Of a stretch of 64,000 nucleotides of DNA, positions 55,297-63,408 are shown in pieces; within the stretch, counting starts at the first letter, position 1, and every line of letters begins with the position of its first letter. This DNA is from a virus. A program made the translations under genes and the position numbers. The DNA is taken from positions 8,402 through 72,401 of the IMG/VR virus record IMGVR_UViG_3300021440_000003; one strand, written 5' to 3'. The notes under the pieces are model-generated. The model was not told the origin of the DNA. It did not search any database and was given only the letters and a program-made list of their open reading frames with translations.

Positions 55297-57043
55297 GCTC
55301 CATCACAATAGATGAGAGTCGGCCGTCCTCGTCCCGTGTGACCTTCAAGGTCTTCGGGCCGCGTTCCTTGAGCAGGGTCAGCTTGACCTCGCTGGGGGCC
55401 ACGCTCACGTTCACGGGCTGGCGCGACTGGCTGGCCACCGCATTTTGCATGGCCCAAGCCAGATCGGACACGGACTTCGTGGTGTTGTCCGTCGTCTGCT
55501 TGGCATGAGCCAGCGCGTCCTGCGCGAGCGAGTGGCTGTTGTGCAGCATCGCCGTCAAGTTGGGATCGACCTCCGCCTTCGCCGGGCCTTTGGGCTGCTG
55601 CGGGGTACTCTGGCCGTCGCGCATCGTGCTTGTCTGGCTGTTCGGGTTTTGCTGCGGGGCGGCTTGGGCTGTTTTGAACATGGTGCCGGACAAGGGTTTG
55701 AACCCTGCCGGGGGCAAGTTTCCGGTCAGCTTGATACAAGCCTCCTCATCCGTAATCAAGCCCAGAGACAGCTGCTCCAAAATCCGAGACTGCTCCATGC
55801 TGCGGTACGCTTCGAGCTCGCTTTGGGGGCGCATGTCAAGGTCGGCGTAGCGGAACTCCACATACACGTCCTGCCCGAACAAGCGCACAGCCTGCGTCAA
55901 GGCGCGGCTCAACAGGGTGTTGAGCATAGTGCGCACCATCTCCGCGTTCTTCAGGAACAGCATGGTGTCCACGCTGGCGGTCGTACCGCTGCCGTTGCCA
56001 CGACCAAGCACGGCCGGAAGCGTCTTCGCGCCTGCTTGCAGCTTGGAGTTAATCATGTCCTGCACAGCCTGCATGGTGTTGCCGGGGTCGGTACCACCGT
56101 TCTCACTCTTAAGGTAGCTGTACTCCACCGTGTCGAAGGAGATCAAGGCATCCTCGGGGTTCAAGCCGTTGATGGTGCTCTCCAAGCCGGAAATCAAGTC
56201 CGACATGAACGAGTTGATCTTGTCCGGGTCGTTCAAGATCTCAGGGGGCGCACTCTGGCGCACGCGCTCCTCGATGATGCTGGCCACCAGTCGGGGGTGG
56301 ATGGCACGCTTCATGACGCGGCGCAAGTCGTTCAGGAAGGCGCTGTCGGCAAGCACAGCCTGCACGGCCGACTCCAGCGGGCTGTCCGAATACGGCGTCA
56401 GCAAGCTCTGGTCCTGGTTGAAGATGAACACAGTCGGGATGTCAAGGTCGATCTCTTGGCCTCCCACGACCTGCACAGGTCTCACGCCCTCGTCGTCCTC
56501 GTAATACCGGATGGCTGGCGTGTGCACGGGCACCAACCGGGTGGGCATGCGGGTCTTGTCGAGCACCAGCTCCAAGCTGGCGCTGCCGTACAGCAGAAGC
56601 TCCTTGCCAAGCGAGGCGGACAGCTCGGGCAGCGACGAAAAGCTGTTGTAGCCGAGGTTGGGGTCGCCCACGAAGGTGATGCGGCGCAAAATCTCGTTGG
56701 CAATCTGCGTGCTTTCCGGGCTCACGATGCCGTCCGTCGTACGGGCCACCACCGTGAAACGCTCCGGGATGCCGATACGCAGATATGCGTTCATAGTGGC
56801 AGACAAATCCGGGCTTGCGGCTGCCAAATCACGGATAACCTGCTTGGTTGTCTGGCCAAGCCGCATCTCCAGGATGTCGGACTGGGCAAGTCGGCGATCA
56901 GGCTTGGCTAGGGCGCTGGTCTGCTTGGTGATCTGCGTCTTGTAGCCGGGCACGCTCGCCTGCTTGGGCTTTACCTTCGCAGGGGGCAGAGCAGGCAGCT
57001 TGGCTGCTGCCCAGATACCGCTGATTTTGTCTAAAATGGCCAT
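55274..57043 (-). CDS. portal protein with C-terminal extension
   Basis: Follows the large terminase; ELLLYG...ELV, LP.VLG, LSLGLIT.EEA. Confidence 0.85.
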   Translation of the reverse strand: MAILDKISGIWAAAKLPALPPAKVKPKQASVPGYKTQITKQTSALAKPDRRLAQSDILEMRLGQTTKQVIRDLAAASPDLSATMNAYLRIGIPERFTVVARTTDGIVSPESTQIANEILRRITFVGDPNLGYNSFSSLPELSASLGKELLLYGSASLELVLDKTRMPTRLVPVHTPAIRYYEDDEGVRPVQVVGGQEIDLDIPTVFIFNQDQSLLTPYSDSPLESAVQAVLADSAFLNDLRRVMKRAIHPRLVASIIEERVRQSAPPEILNDPDKINSFMSDLISGLESTINGLNPEDALISFDTVEYSYLKSENGGTDPGNTMQAVQDMINSKLQAGAKTLPAVLGRGNGSGTTASVDTMLFLKNAEMVRTMLNTLLSRALTQAVRLFGQDVYVEFRYADLDMRPQSELEAYRSMEQSRILEQLSLGLITDEEACIKLTGNLPPAGFKPLSGTMFKTAQAAPQQNPNSQTSTMRDGQSTPQQPKGPAKAEVDPNLTAMLHNSHSLAQDALAHAKQTTDNTTKSVSDLAWAMQNAVASQSRQPVNVSVAPSEVKLTLLKERGPKTLKVTRDEDGRLSSIVMEHDDDEQR

Positions 57044-57067
57044 GGATTACGTCCTTTTGGGCACATT

Positions 57068-58304
57068 GTGACATACTCCACCCCCTTTGGGGGCGGGGCT
57101 TCATGCTTCGTTGGTGACAGCGCGAACGGATGGCTTGCGCCCCCGCTTGCGACTTACATCGCCTCCACATGCAGAAGCGACTAGCCCAGCCGCCATCATT
57201 CGTTTTGCCTCTTCCCGGACGTTCACTGCCGCATTCACGTCGCGGTCGTGGTGCGTGCCGCATGAGTGGCACGTCCAAGAGCGAACATCTAGTGGCATGT
57301 CCGGTTTTTTGTGAGACACGTACTGCACAGCTTGCTGGACGGGAAAAACCGATTTACCTCGATGTACCCCTTACCAGCTCGTGCAGCCTTGTACTTTAGG
57401 AATGCTGAAAACATACCCCAGCCAGCATCACCAATCGACTTTGCCAGCTTGCGGTTTTTCATCATTCCACGCACATTCAAGTCCTCCACGGCGACAACTT
57501 GGTTTTCGTTGACGATTCGTGTTGACAGCTTGTGCAAGTAATCCTTACGCTGGTTGCTTACCTTGTTGTGGCACTTGGCAACCGACAGTTTTGCCTTATC
57601 CCTATTCTTAGATCCTTTGACTTTACGGGAAAGTTTTTGTTGCTTACGCTTCAGGTTTTTGTGCGCCTTCTGAAAAAATCGCTCACTGTCGAACTTCGAG
57701 CCGTCGCTGGTGACAGCAAAATGCTCCAGTCCAACGTCGATGCCAAGGACTTTACCGTCGTATGACACGTCTGGCGCGTCTGCTCCATCCTCTGTGAGAA
57801 TGGAGATGTGATACTCGCCAGCGGCGTTCTTTGAGACGGTGCACGTTTTAATCACGCCAACAATCTCGCGGTGAATAACAGCCTTTACATGGCCGATTTT
57901 TGGGAGTTGCACTTTGCACCCGTCAACTACCTTTACGCCTTGCGGATAGCTCGCAGACTGCTTCCCGTGTTTGCTCTTAAATTTTGGGTACTTTGTGCGT
58001 CGCTCGAAAAAGTTTACGAAAGCGCGGGACAGGTGCATGCAGGCCGATTGAAGCGTTTGTGCGTAGGGTTCGTTTAACCACTCGAATTCTTTTTTGAGTT
58101 GCGGGAGTCTTGCCGTCATCTCAAACTGTCCAAGCCCCTTGCCAGTCTCTTTGTAAACCTCTTGTGTCTTTGCAAGGTTGTTATTCCACACCCAGCGTGC
58201 GCAGCCAAATGCCTGAGCAAGCATATTTGCCTGCTTTTTGTTCGGGTACAAACGTACTTTGGTTGCGGTGAGCATTATCGTATTGTAATTGATTTTTACC
58301 TTAA
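57068..58304 (-). mobile_element. tnpB-only IS200/IS605-derived cassette between terL and portal (left boundary uncertain)
   Basis: Right end GAAG + hairpin CCCCGCCCCC/GGGGGTGGAG + terminal TCAC (57068-57071); AT-richer than the flanks; no left hairpin visible. Confidence 0.75.
57101..58275 (-). pseudogene. tnpB: TnpB, frameshifted within the Zn finger at A AAA AAC (57304-57310)
   Basis: KVRLYP, FGCARWVWN, GIDVG, VEDLNV; the -1 frame supplies WTC..CG..HDRDVNAA. Confidence 0.88.
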
Positions 58305-58309
58305 GTCAA
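58282..58309 (-). promoter_or_regulatory. sigma70-like promoter TTGACT-N16-TACAAT for tnpB, probably leaderless
   Basis: Near-consensus boxes; only 6 nt between the -10 box and the ATG; -35 box overlaps the terL stop codon. Confidence 0.55.
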
Positions 58310-59985
58310 TCCATCTTGTTCCTGAAGCTCTTGACCAGTGACATGCCCCGGTGCAAGGCTCCTCCTTGAGCAGTCGCACGCAAGCGGCAAGCCAGCATCA
58401 GGTAGAGCAAGGCGAAGTGCATGTGGTCCTCTCCCTTGCTGCTTTTCACCCACTGGTAGTTGATCTCATTGTTGCGGTCGAACACCTGCTGACGGCGCAT
58501 ATCGGTGTAGTGCGCGTTGTACGCCTCTGACCTCGGCCCCTGATGGATGACAAGTGATCGGTCCTTGAACATCTGCATGATCGAGTCCAAGGCCACCGTC
58601 CGATTGACCTTGACCATGCGCAAGTTCATGCGCCCGGTCGTGTGGTCCGCGTCTCGCTGCGCCACGGTGTACATATCGGTGCTTTTCGTGGTCACGAACC
58701 CGGCTCCGTACGCGTTTTTGTCGTAGTCGGTGATGCGACGCACCAAGTCTGTCTCCGGCTGGGCGTCGTGAACGGAAATGAGCACCCGGTATTTCGCGCA
58801 CAGCTCGCGTCGGCGCTGCTCGAAGATGGCAAGTGGGATCTCCTCGCGGTGCACCACCAGCAACTTTCCGTCAAGCGTCATGCGGCCAATGCTCACGGTG
58901 CAAGTGATGTGGCCCATGTCGCACCCCATGTAGTGCACTTCCGAGCTGTTGAGGTCGCCCTCGTAAGCACAAGCGGCCACGTCGCTGGCGGAGATCTGGT
59001 CGTCGGACGTTTCGGCCTCGATGCCAAGCACCTGGTTGTGGAACTCAGCCTTCGTGTTGAACTCCGTGGACGAGCGCACGATGTAGTCGGGTGTCAGGAT
59101 GCCGTAAGCTGTCGCGGGGCTTACGTAATAGGTGGCCGCCTCGTGCTGGTCAAGGTGGTTTTCGATCACCCATTCAAGCCTGGAGCGGTCGAGTTGTGGG
59201 TCTTTTCCGCACTTTGGACAAGCCCAGTGCGCTTCCTGCCACCGAACGTCCTTCAGGTTGCTGCGTGTGATGTCCATGAGGCTGCCGCTGTAGCCTGGGA
59301 CCTGCATGTGGGTGTAATACTCGGGCAAGAACCGGTGGCCACAGCAGGCGCAAGTCGCAAAGTGGCGGTAGCGGCGGCTGGTCTCGGCTTCCTTGGAAAT
59401 CCCGACTCCGGCGATGGTTGGGGTCGAGAAGTTGCGAATCAGGCGGTGTTTGCTGGCCTGCAAGCGGGAGCGGAACTGGAGCAAGGTGTCCGGGTCGGAC
59501 CGGTCGATCTCGTCGTTGACCAGCATGTCGGCGGAAATGGACAAGGCTGCTGTTTCAGACCGTGTTCCACGGATAAACAGGAAGTTGGCACCCAGTTGTT
59601 TGAGCTCGGAGTTGTTGACTTCGGGGTTTATCAAGCGGCGCAGCTCGGGGCTGCCCATGAGCAAGGGTGCCATCTTGGTCGTGGACAGCTTTACGGCGTC
59701 CGTGGCGCTTGGCATCGTGTAGATCACGTTCAGAGGACGCTGCGTGGCAAGTGCGGCAAGGGCGTGGCACATGGAGACCGTGGACAAGCCGATCTGGGCG
59801 CACTTGACCACGTTGACGACCCGGGCGGGGTTGTCGATGATGTCGGCCTGGAAGCTGTATTTCCCGCTCAGATCGATGAGCTCGCCTTCCAAGTAGATGT
59901 TCTTTTGCACCCACTTGGACAAGGTGGAGAGGGTGTAGGTGCCAGCAACGGCGTCCCGGACGCGCTGGAGGTGGTCAGCGAACAT
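58306..59985 (-). CDS. terL: terminase large subunit (lambda GpA-like)
   Basis: KCAQIGLS Walker A variant, DEID, STPT, CACC/CPKC Zn motifs, GCDMG and DH..FA nuclease motifs. Confidence 0.92.
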   Translation of the reverse strand: MFADHLQRVRDAVAGTYTLSTLSKWVQKNIYLEGELIDLSGKYSFQADIIDNPARVVNVVKCAQIGLSTVSMCHALAALATQRPLNVIYTMPSATDAVKLSTTKMAPLLMGSPELRRLINPEVNNSELKQLGANFLFIRGTRSETAALSISADMLVNDEIDRSDPDTLLQFRSRLQASKHRLIRNFSTPTIAGVGISKEAETSRRYRHFATCACCGHRFLPEYYTHMQVPGYSGSLMDITRSNLKDVRWQEAHWACPKCGKDPQLDRSRLEWVIENHLDQHEAATYYVSPATAYGILTPDYIVRSSTEFNTKAEFHNQVLGIEAETSDDQISASDVAACAYEGDLNSSEVHYMGCDMGHITCTVSIGRMTLDGKLLVVHREEIPLAIFEQRRRELCAKYRVLISVHDAQPETDLVRRITDYDKNAYGAGFVTTKSTDMYTVAQRDADHTTGRMNLRMVKVNRTVALDSIMQMFKDRSLVIHQGPRSEAYNAHYTDMRRQQVFDRNNEINYQWVKSSKGEDHMHFALLYLMLACRLRATAQGGALHRGMSLVKSFRNKMD

Positions 59986-60349
59986 CTTGGGGGAATTTTT
60001 TGGTGTAGAGCTCGAAGAACTTGTCCTGCATGGGTTGGGGCATGGCTTTCAGGGTCTCGATCAGGATGAGCTCGATGTCTTTGATGCGCTGCGAGCTGTA
60101 GAGCTCGGTCTGCAACTTCGTGAGCTGGGTCAAGATCGTGGTCATGCTGTTCATGATCTGCGCGATCTGGTTGGGAGGCACGTCGTCGCGGTAGGGCAAG
60201 GTGTCTCGCAGGGCAAGGGCGGCGTTGTAGTTGTCCAACAGCTCTGAGTGGATGTCCAAGGTCTCCGCTGTCACCGTGCGGAATATCGCGGCTTGCTGTT
60301 GGGGCTCTTGTTGGGTGTCGCCGTGCAAGTCGAGGTTTTTAAGCGCCAT
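59975..60349 (-). CDS. probable terminase small subunit
   Basis: Helical 124-aa ORF overlapping the terL start. Confidence 0.6.
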   Translation of the reverse strand: MALKNLDLHGDTQQEPQQQAAIFRTVTAETLDIHSELLDNYNAALALRDTLPYRDDVPPNQIAQIMNSMTTILTQLTKLQTELYSSQRIKDIELILIETLKAMPQPMQDKFFELYTKKFPQDVR

Positions 60350-60629
60350 TTCGTGCCTTCGCCTTGTACCGGAAGATCGTGCGTGTAGAGCAATGGGCGA
60401 TGCGGGCGGCCTCCAGGGTAGGGGTCGTGGAGGCAAGCTGGGTGCGGAAGGCCCTGCGGGCTGCGTTCAGCTCGGATTTCTTGGGTTTTTTGGGGCGCGG
60501 AGGGCGCGGGAGTATCTGGTAGAGGTACCCGATGGGGATGTTGTAGCGTGCAGATAGCTCTTTGGAGGTGATCTCAAAGCGTAAATAAGCTGCACGTTCT
60601 TCGATGGGGATGCGCTGGATTGCACTCAT
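60339..60629 (-). CDS. basic protein with two HTH-like segments
   Basis: ITSKELSARYNI...YL and TLEAARIAHCSTRTIFRY. Confidence 0.65.
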   Translation of the reverse strand: MSAIQRIPIEERAAYLRFEITSKELSARYNIPIGYLYQILPRPPRPKKPKKSELNAARRAFRTQLASTTPTLEAARIAHCSTRTIFRYKAKARNGA

Positions 60630-60649
60630 TCGCGGATTATGAATCGAAT

Positions 60650-60668
60650 TGTCGCTAAATTAGTGACA
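60650..60668. promoter_or_regulatory. operator-like palindrome TGTCGCTAA-A-TTAGTGACA in the divergent intergenic region
   Basis: 8/9 inverted repeat about 20 nt upstream of the HTH gene start. Confidence 0.45.
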
Positions 60669-60935
60669 TTTTGAGTGTAAATGTGCGAAAAGTTTTAAAA
60701 AATTTTGTATATGGCGGAGGTGGGAGAGGCGGCGCATCGCATTATACCAAAAATAAACCCTATACGTCAACCACATATACATGCTATGCACTGTTACAAA
60801 CTCTGACACATTGTGGTAACCAAACAACATATTTTCATGTATAGTTCAGCACATGGCAAATTTCAACACCTCCCCACAGTGCATGGCTCTGCCATAGCTA
60901 TGCACACTCATGCCCACAGGGGCAAAGGATCAACC

Positions 60936-61376
60936 ATGACAAACCAAGTCGTCACATTCAACGCACTTACCCGCGTCACGGGCAAGGCACCGGCCAAAGT
61001 GGCTCACGCTATCGCTCAAGGCGCAGACGCTGGCACGCTGCTCGCCATTGGCAAGCATCGCAGGGCTATCATCGGGAGCATAGCCCTCGCAGGGGAGCAG
61101 GCCACAATCCGCGAACTGTCCCACGGGAACATTCGCCCAGCGTGCGCTGCCCTTGTCGAGCTGTCAGGCAAGGCTGTCACCCTCATGGAGATTGACGGAA
61201 AAGCCCCATACTCTGAATTCCTGCGAATGGGCGCGGCACTGGCCCAGTTCCAGCAGTTGACCAAGGCCGGGAAACCTACCAGCGCGGCCAGAGCCCTTGC
61301 CAAGTTCACACAATGGCGTGACCAAGCCTCTGCGCTCCGCGCTGAACGTATGGCCGGTAAAGCGTTGCCCGCATAA
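60936..61376 (+). CDS. first early gene, hypothetical protein
   Basis: AAGGA RBS then ATG at 60936; preceded by hairpin 60879-60905. Confidence 0.7.
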   Translation: MTNQVVTFNALTRVTGKAPAKVAHAIAQGADAGTLLAIGKHRRAIIGSIALAGEQATIRELSHGNIRPACAALVELSGKAVTLMEIDGKAPYSEFLRMGAALAQFQQLTKAGKPTSAARALAKFTQWRDQASALRAERMAGKALPA

Positions 61377-61379
61377 CCC

Positions 61380-62215
61380 CATAGCCCCCTCGGGGGTTTA
61401 CATAAGGGACAAACCCCTTATGTAAGCCTCTAACCCGTTCGCTGATCGCAGCGATATGTTAAACCGGGTTTGTTCATTGTCGCATTTTGCGCGAGCCCCA
61501 CGGGGCCTGCGCATGGCGGAGCCATGCCCTACGGGGTCACGGTATCCAATGCACGATGACACAAACGTGACAACGGCTTTATCCGGGGTATTCTTTAAAA
61601 ATTTATAGACAGCACGGCCATTGTACGTGTCCACTATTCGGACATAGGGTTAACCGTGCGAGTCGCCAAGGCGAGAACCAACATCGCATAATCTACGCGT
61701 TTAATACTATCAACCGTTGATAGCATCAGTATATTGTGCATGGTGTTGATGTGTGTGACGTAATGTCACGTAAATGCACCCACGAAGCAAAGGCGACTAT
61801 AAAGAACGGCATTTATGCCAAGAACGTGTAACCTAGCAGGACTCGGAGCACGTAACCCCTAGATTGTCTGGAAAATGGCATATTGGCGACAATATGCAGC
61901 ATCATCATGCGGTTTCCTGACTCAATAAGCGGTATGAAACAAGCGGCCTACAGGCGTGAGGGATTATCAATACCCGCAAGGTTCATTCTTGCGGCATACG
62001 ATAAAGCCACCCCACAATGTGCCACACCACTTCATACCCTACTATTGAGCTTTTAAACCAGAGTACGACAATTCGCAAGGTTTAATAAAGAACCCGATTA
62101 CAAGGGTATAAAGCATCCGTGATAGTACGGAATTAGACAACGATGGGGCTTAACCCGCCCCTGATAGCGCGGTTGAGAAACCGCCTAAGTGCATAGCCGT
62201 GTGCTTAGGCTGTTT
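61380..62215 (+). ncRNA. candidate large highly structured non-coding RNA (~830 nt)
   Basis: No credible gene; more than 20 local helices, nested multibranch and long-range pairings, G-U pairs and GNRA/UNCG loops favouring the + strand. Confidence 0.7.
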
Positions 62216-62231
62216 TTCATAGGAGAAAATC

Positions 62232-62543
62232 ATGCGAGATCACATCTACATCGGCTCGGCCCCATCGGACGAGCTGTGCGCCCAACTTGGATTCCCTGAC
62301 TTCGAGCGGCTCCAGTCCATCGAACTCACACAATTCTTGCGTATGTTGCGGGAACGCTTCCCTCTGCCTGACTTCCGTGTCAAGCGGGAGAGCCACGACT
62401 TCGGCTCTTACCGCGAAGTCGTCGCTTACTTCGATGACGAGGACGAAGATCAAGCGGCACAAGCCTACGAAGCTGAGTGCTACTTCGACAAGTGGGACGA
62501 CCAAGCTCGTGAGTCCACCCATGTTGCAAGTCAACACCAATAA
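62232..62543 (+). CDS. conserved-type acidic phage early protein
   Basis: AGGAG RBS; IG.AP.DE.CAQ.G and HDFGSY.EV motifs. Confidence 0.75.
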   Translation: MRDHIYIGSAPSDELCAQLGFPDFERLQSIELTQFLRMLRERFPLPDFRVKRESHDFGSYREVVAYFDDEDEDQAAQAYEAECYFDKWDDQARESTHVASQHQ

Positions 62544-62865
62544 CCAACTCCAGTACAAGTTCAAGCCTCTGGGCTTGTACGTGAGCCAGGCCGACACACA
62601 GACGGTCATCTACAGCCTAAAACCGGCCTACAAGCAGCACAAGATGCCTTGCAGCCGCTATGCCCTCTCCACGGCCTATGGCAGGGCCGTTCTCACTGAA
62701 CACCTCACCATGAAAGGACTCACCCCCATGAGCATCGTTATGTCCCTCTGCTTCGCCTCCATGTTCATCATGGCCGGGGAAGCGTCCGTTGCCTCTGTCA
62801 TTGTCGCTGCCGTCACCGTTGTGCTTGGCGTGGCCGTCCAGGTCATCGAGAGTCGGACGCATTGA
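62521..62865 (+). CDS. hypothetical protein with C-terminal TM segments; possible internal start at 62728
   Basis: ATG at 62521; internal AAGGA RBS before ATG 62728. Confidence 0.5.
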   Translation: MLQVNTNNQLQYKFKPLGLYVSQADTQTVIYSLKPAYKQHKMPCSRYALSTAYGRAVLTEHLTMKGLTPMSIVMSLCFASMFIMAGEASVASVIVAAVTVVLGVAVQVIESRTH

Positions 62866-62884
62866 CAAGGGTTGGGGCTGGGGC

Positions 62885-63181
62885 CTTGTCCTTGGCAAGC
62901 CGCTAGGCATTGTCCTTGGCCTTGTCCTTGGCCTTGGCCTTGGCATTGTCCTTGGCCTTGGCAAGCCGCTAGGCATTGTCCTTGGCCTTGGCAAGCCGCT
63001 AGGCATTGTCCTTGGCCTTGGCAAGCCGCTAGGCATTGTCCTTGGCATTGTCCTTGGCAAGCCGCTAGGCATTGTCCTTGGCATTGTCCTTGGCAAGCCG
63101 CTAGGCATGGTTCCTGCCCTTGGCAAGCCGCTAGGCCTTGTCTTGTTCTTGTCCTTGTCCTTGGCAAGCCGCTAGGCCTTG
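62885..63181. repeat. eight copies of CTTGGCAAGCCGCTAGGC separated by hexamer-built linkers
   Basis: Copies start at 62891, 62957, 62987, 63017, 63053, 63089, 63119 and 63160. Confidence 0.95.
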
Positions 63182-63210
63182 CCTATTCCCACAACCCACA
63201 ACCCAACCCT

Positions 63211-63408
63211 ATGACACCCACACAAACACTCGCCAAGGCCCTGGAAACGGCTCCTACAAAGGCGCTGGCCCTGCAAGCGGCTCAGGAGCTGCGCCGACTC
63301 GAAAAAGAGCGTATGGAGCTGCTCCATGCCCTTGCGGATAGCGTGACCGCAACCCTGAATGGAGTTCAGGCCATGCACCGGCTCATGAGCCGGTATCTTG
63401 ACGCTTGA
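63211..63408 (+). CDS. small coiled-coil hypothetical protein
   Basis: MTPTQTLAKALE...AAQELRRLE. Confidence 0.55.
   Translation: MTPTQTLAKALETAPTKALALQAAQELRRLEKERMELLHALADSVTATLNGVQAMHRLMSRYLDA

Noticed and set aside
62013-62023. CACAATGTGCC match between the TnpB3 right-end/guide junction and the ncRNA
   Set aside because: Only 8 nt of the guide match and the predicted TAM is absent; compatible with chance.
61380-62215. Group I/II intron, tRNA cluster, or coding ORF 61398-61634 (-)
   Set aside because: It interrupts no gene. I found no group II domain V hairpin, group I P7 pairing or tRNA T-loop/cloverleaf. The ORF is antisense to the early operon with atypical codons.
62885-63181. CRISPR array
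   Set aside because: The repeat is only 18 nt, the spacers are short low-complexity near-duplicates rather than unique sequences, and there are no cas genes.
62617-63408. Long ORFs in several frames across the repeat (PRTMPSGL, QGQCLAAC, LGKPLGIV, WPWQAARH)
   Set aside because: They are a by-product of 6-nt periodicity without stop codons; there is no RBS and no synonymous variation in the conserved core.
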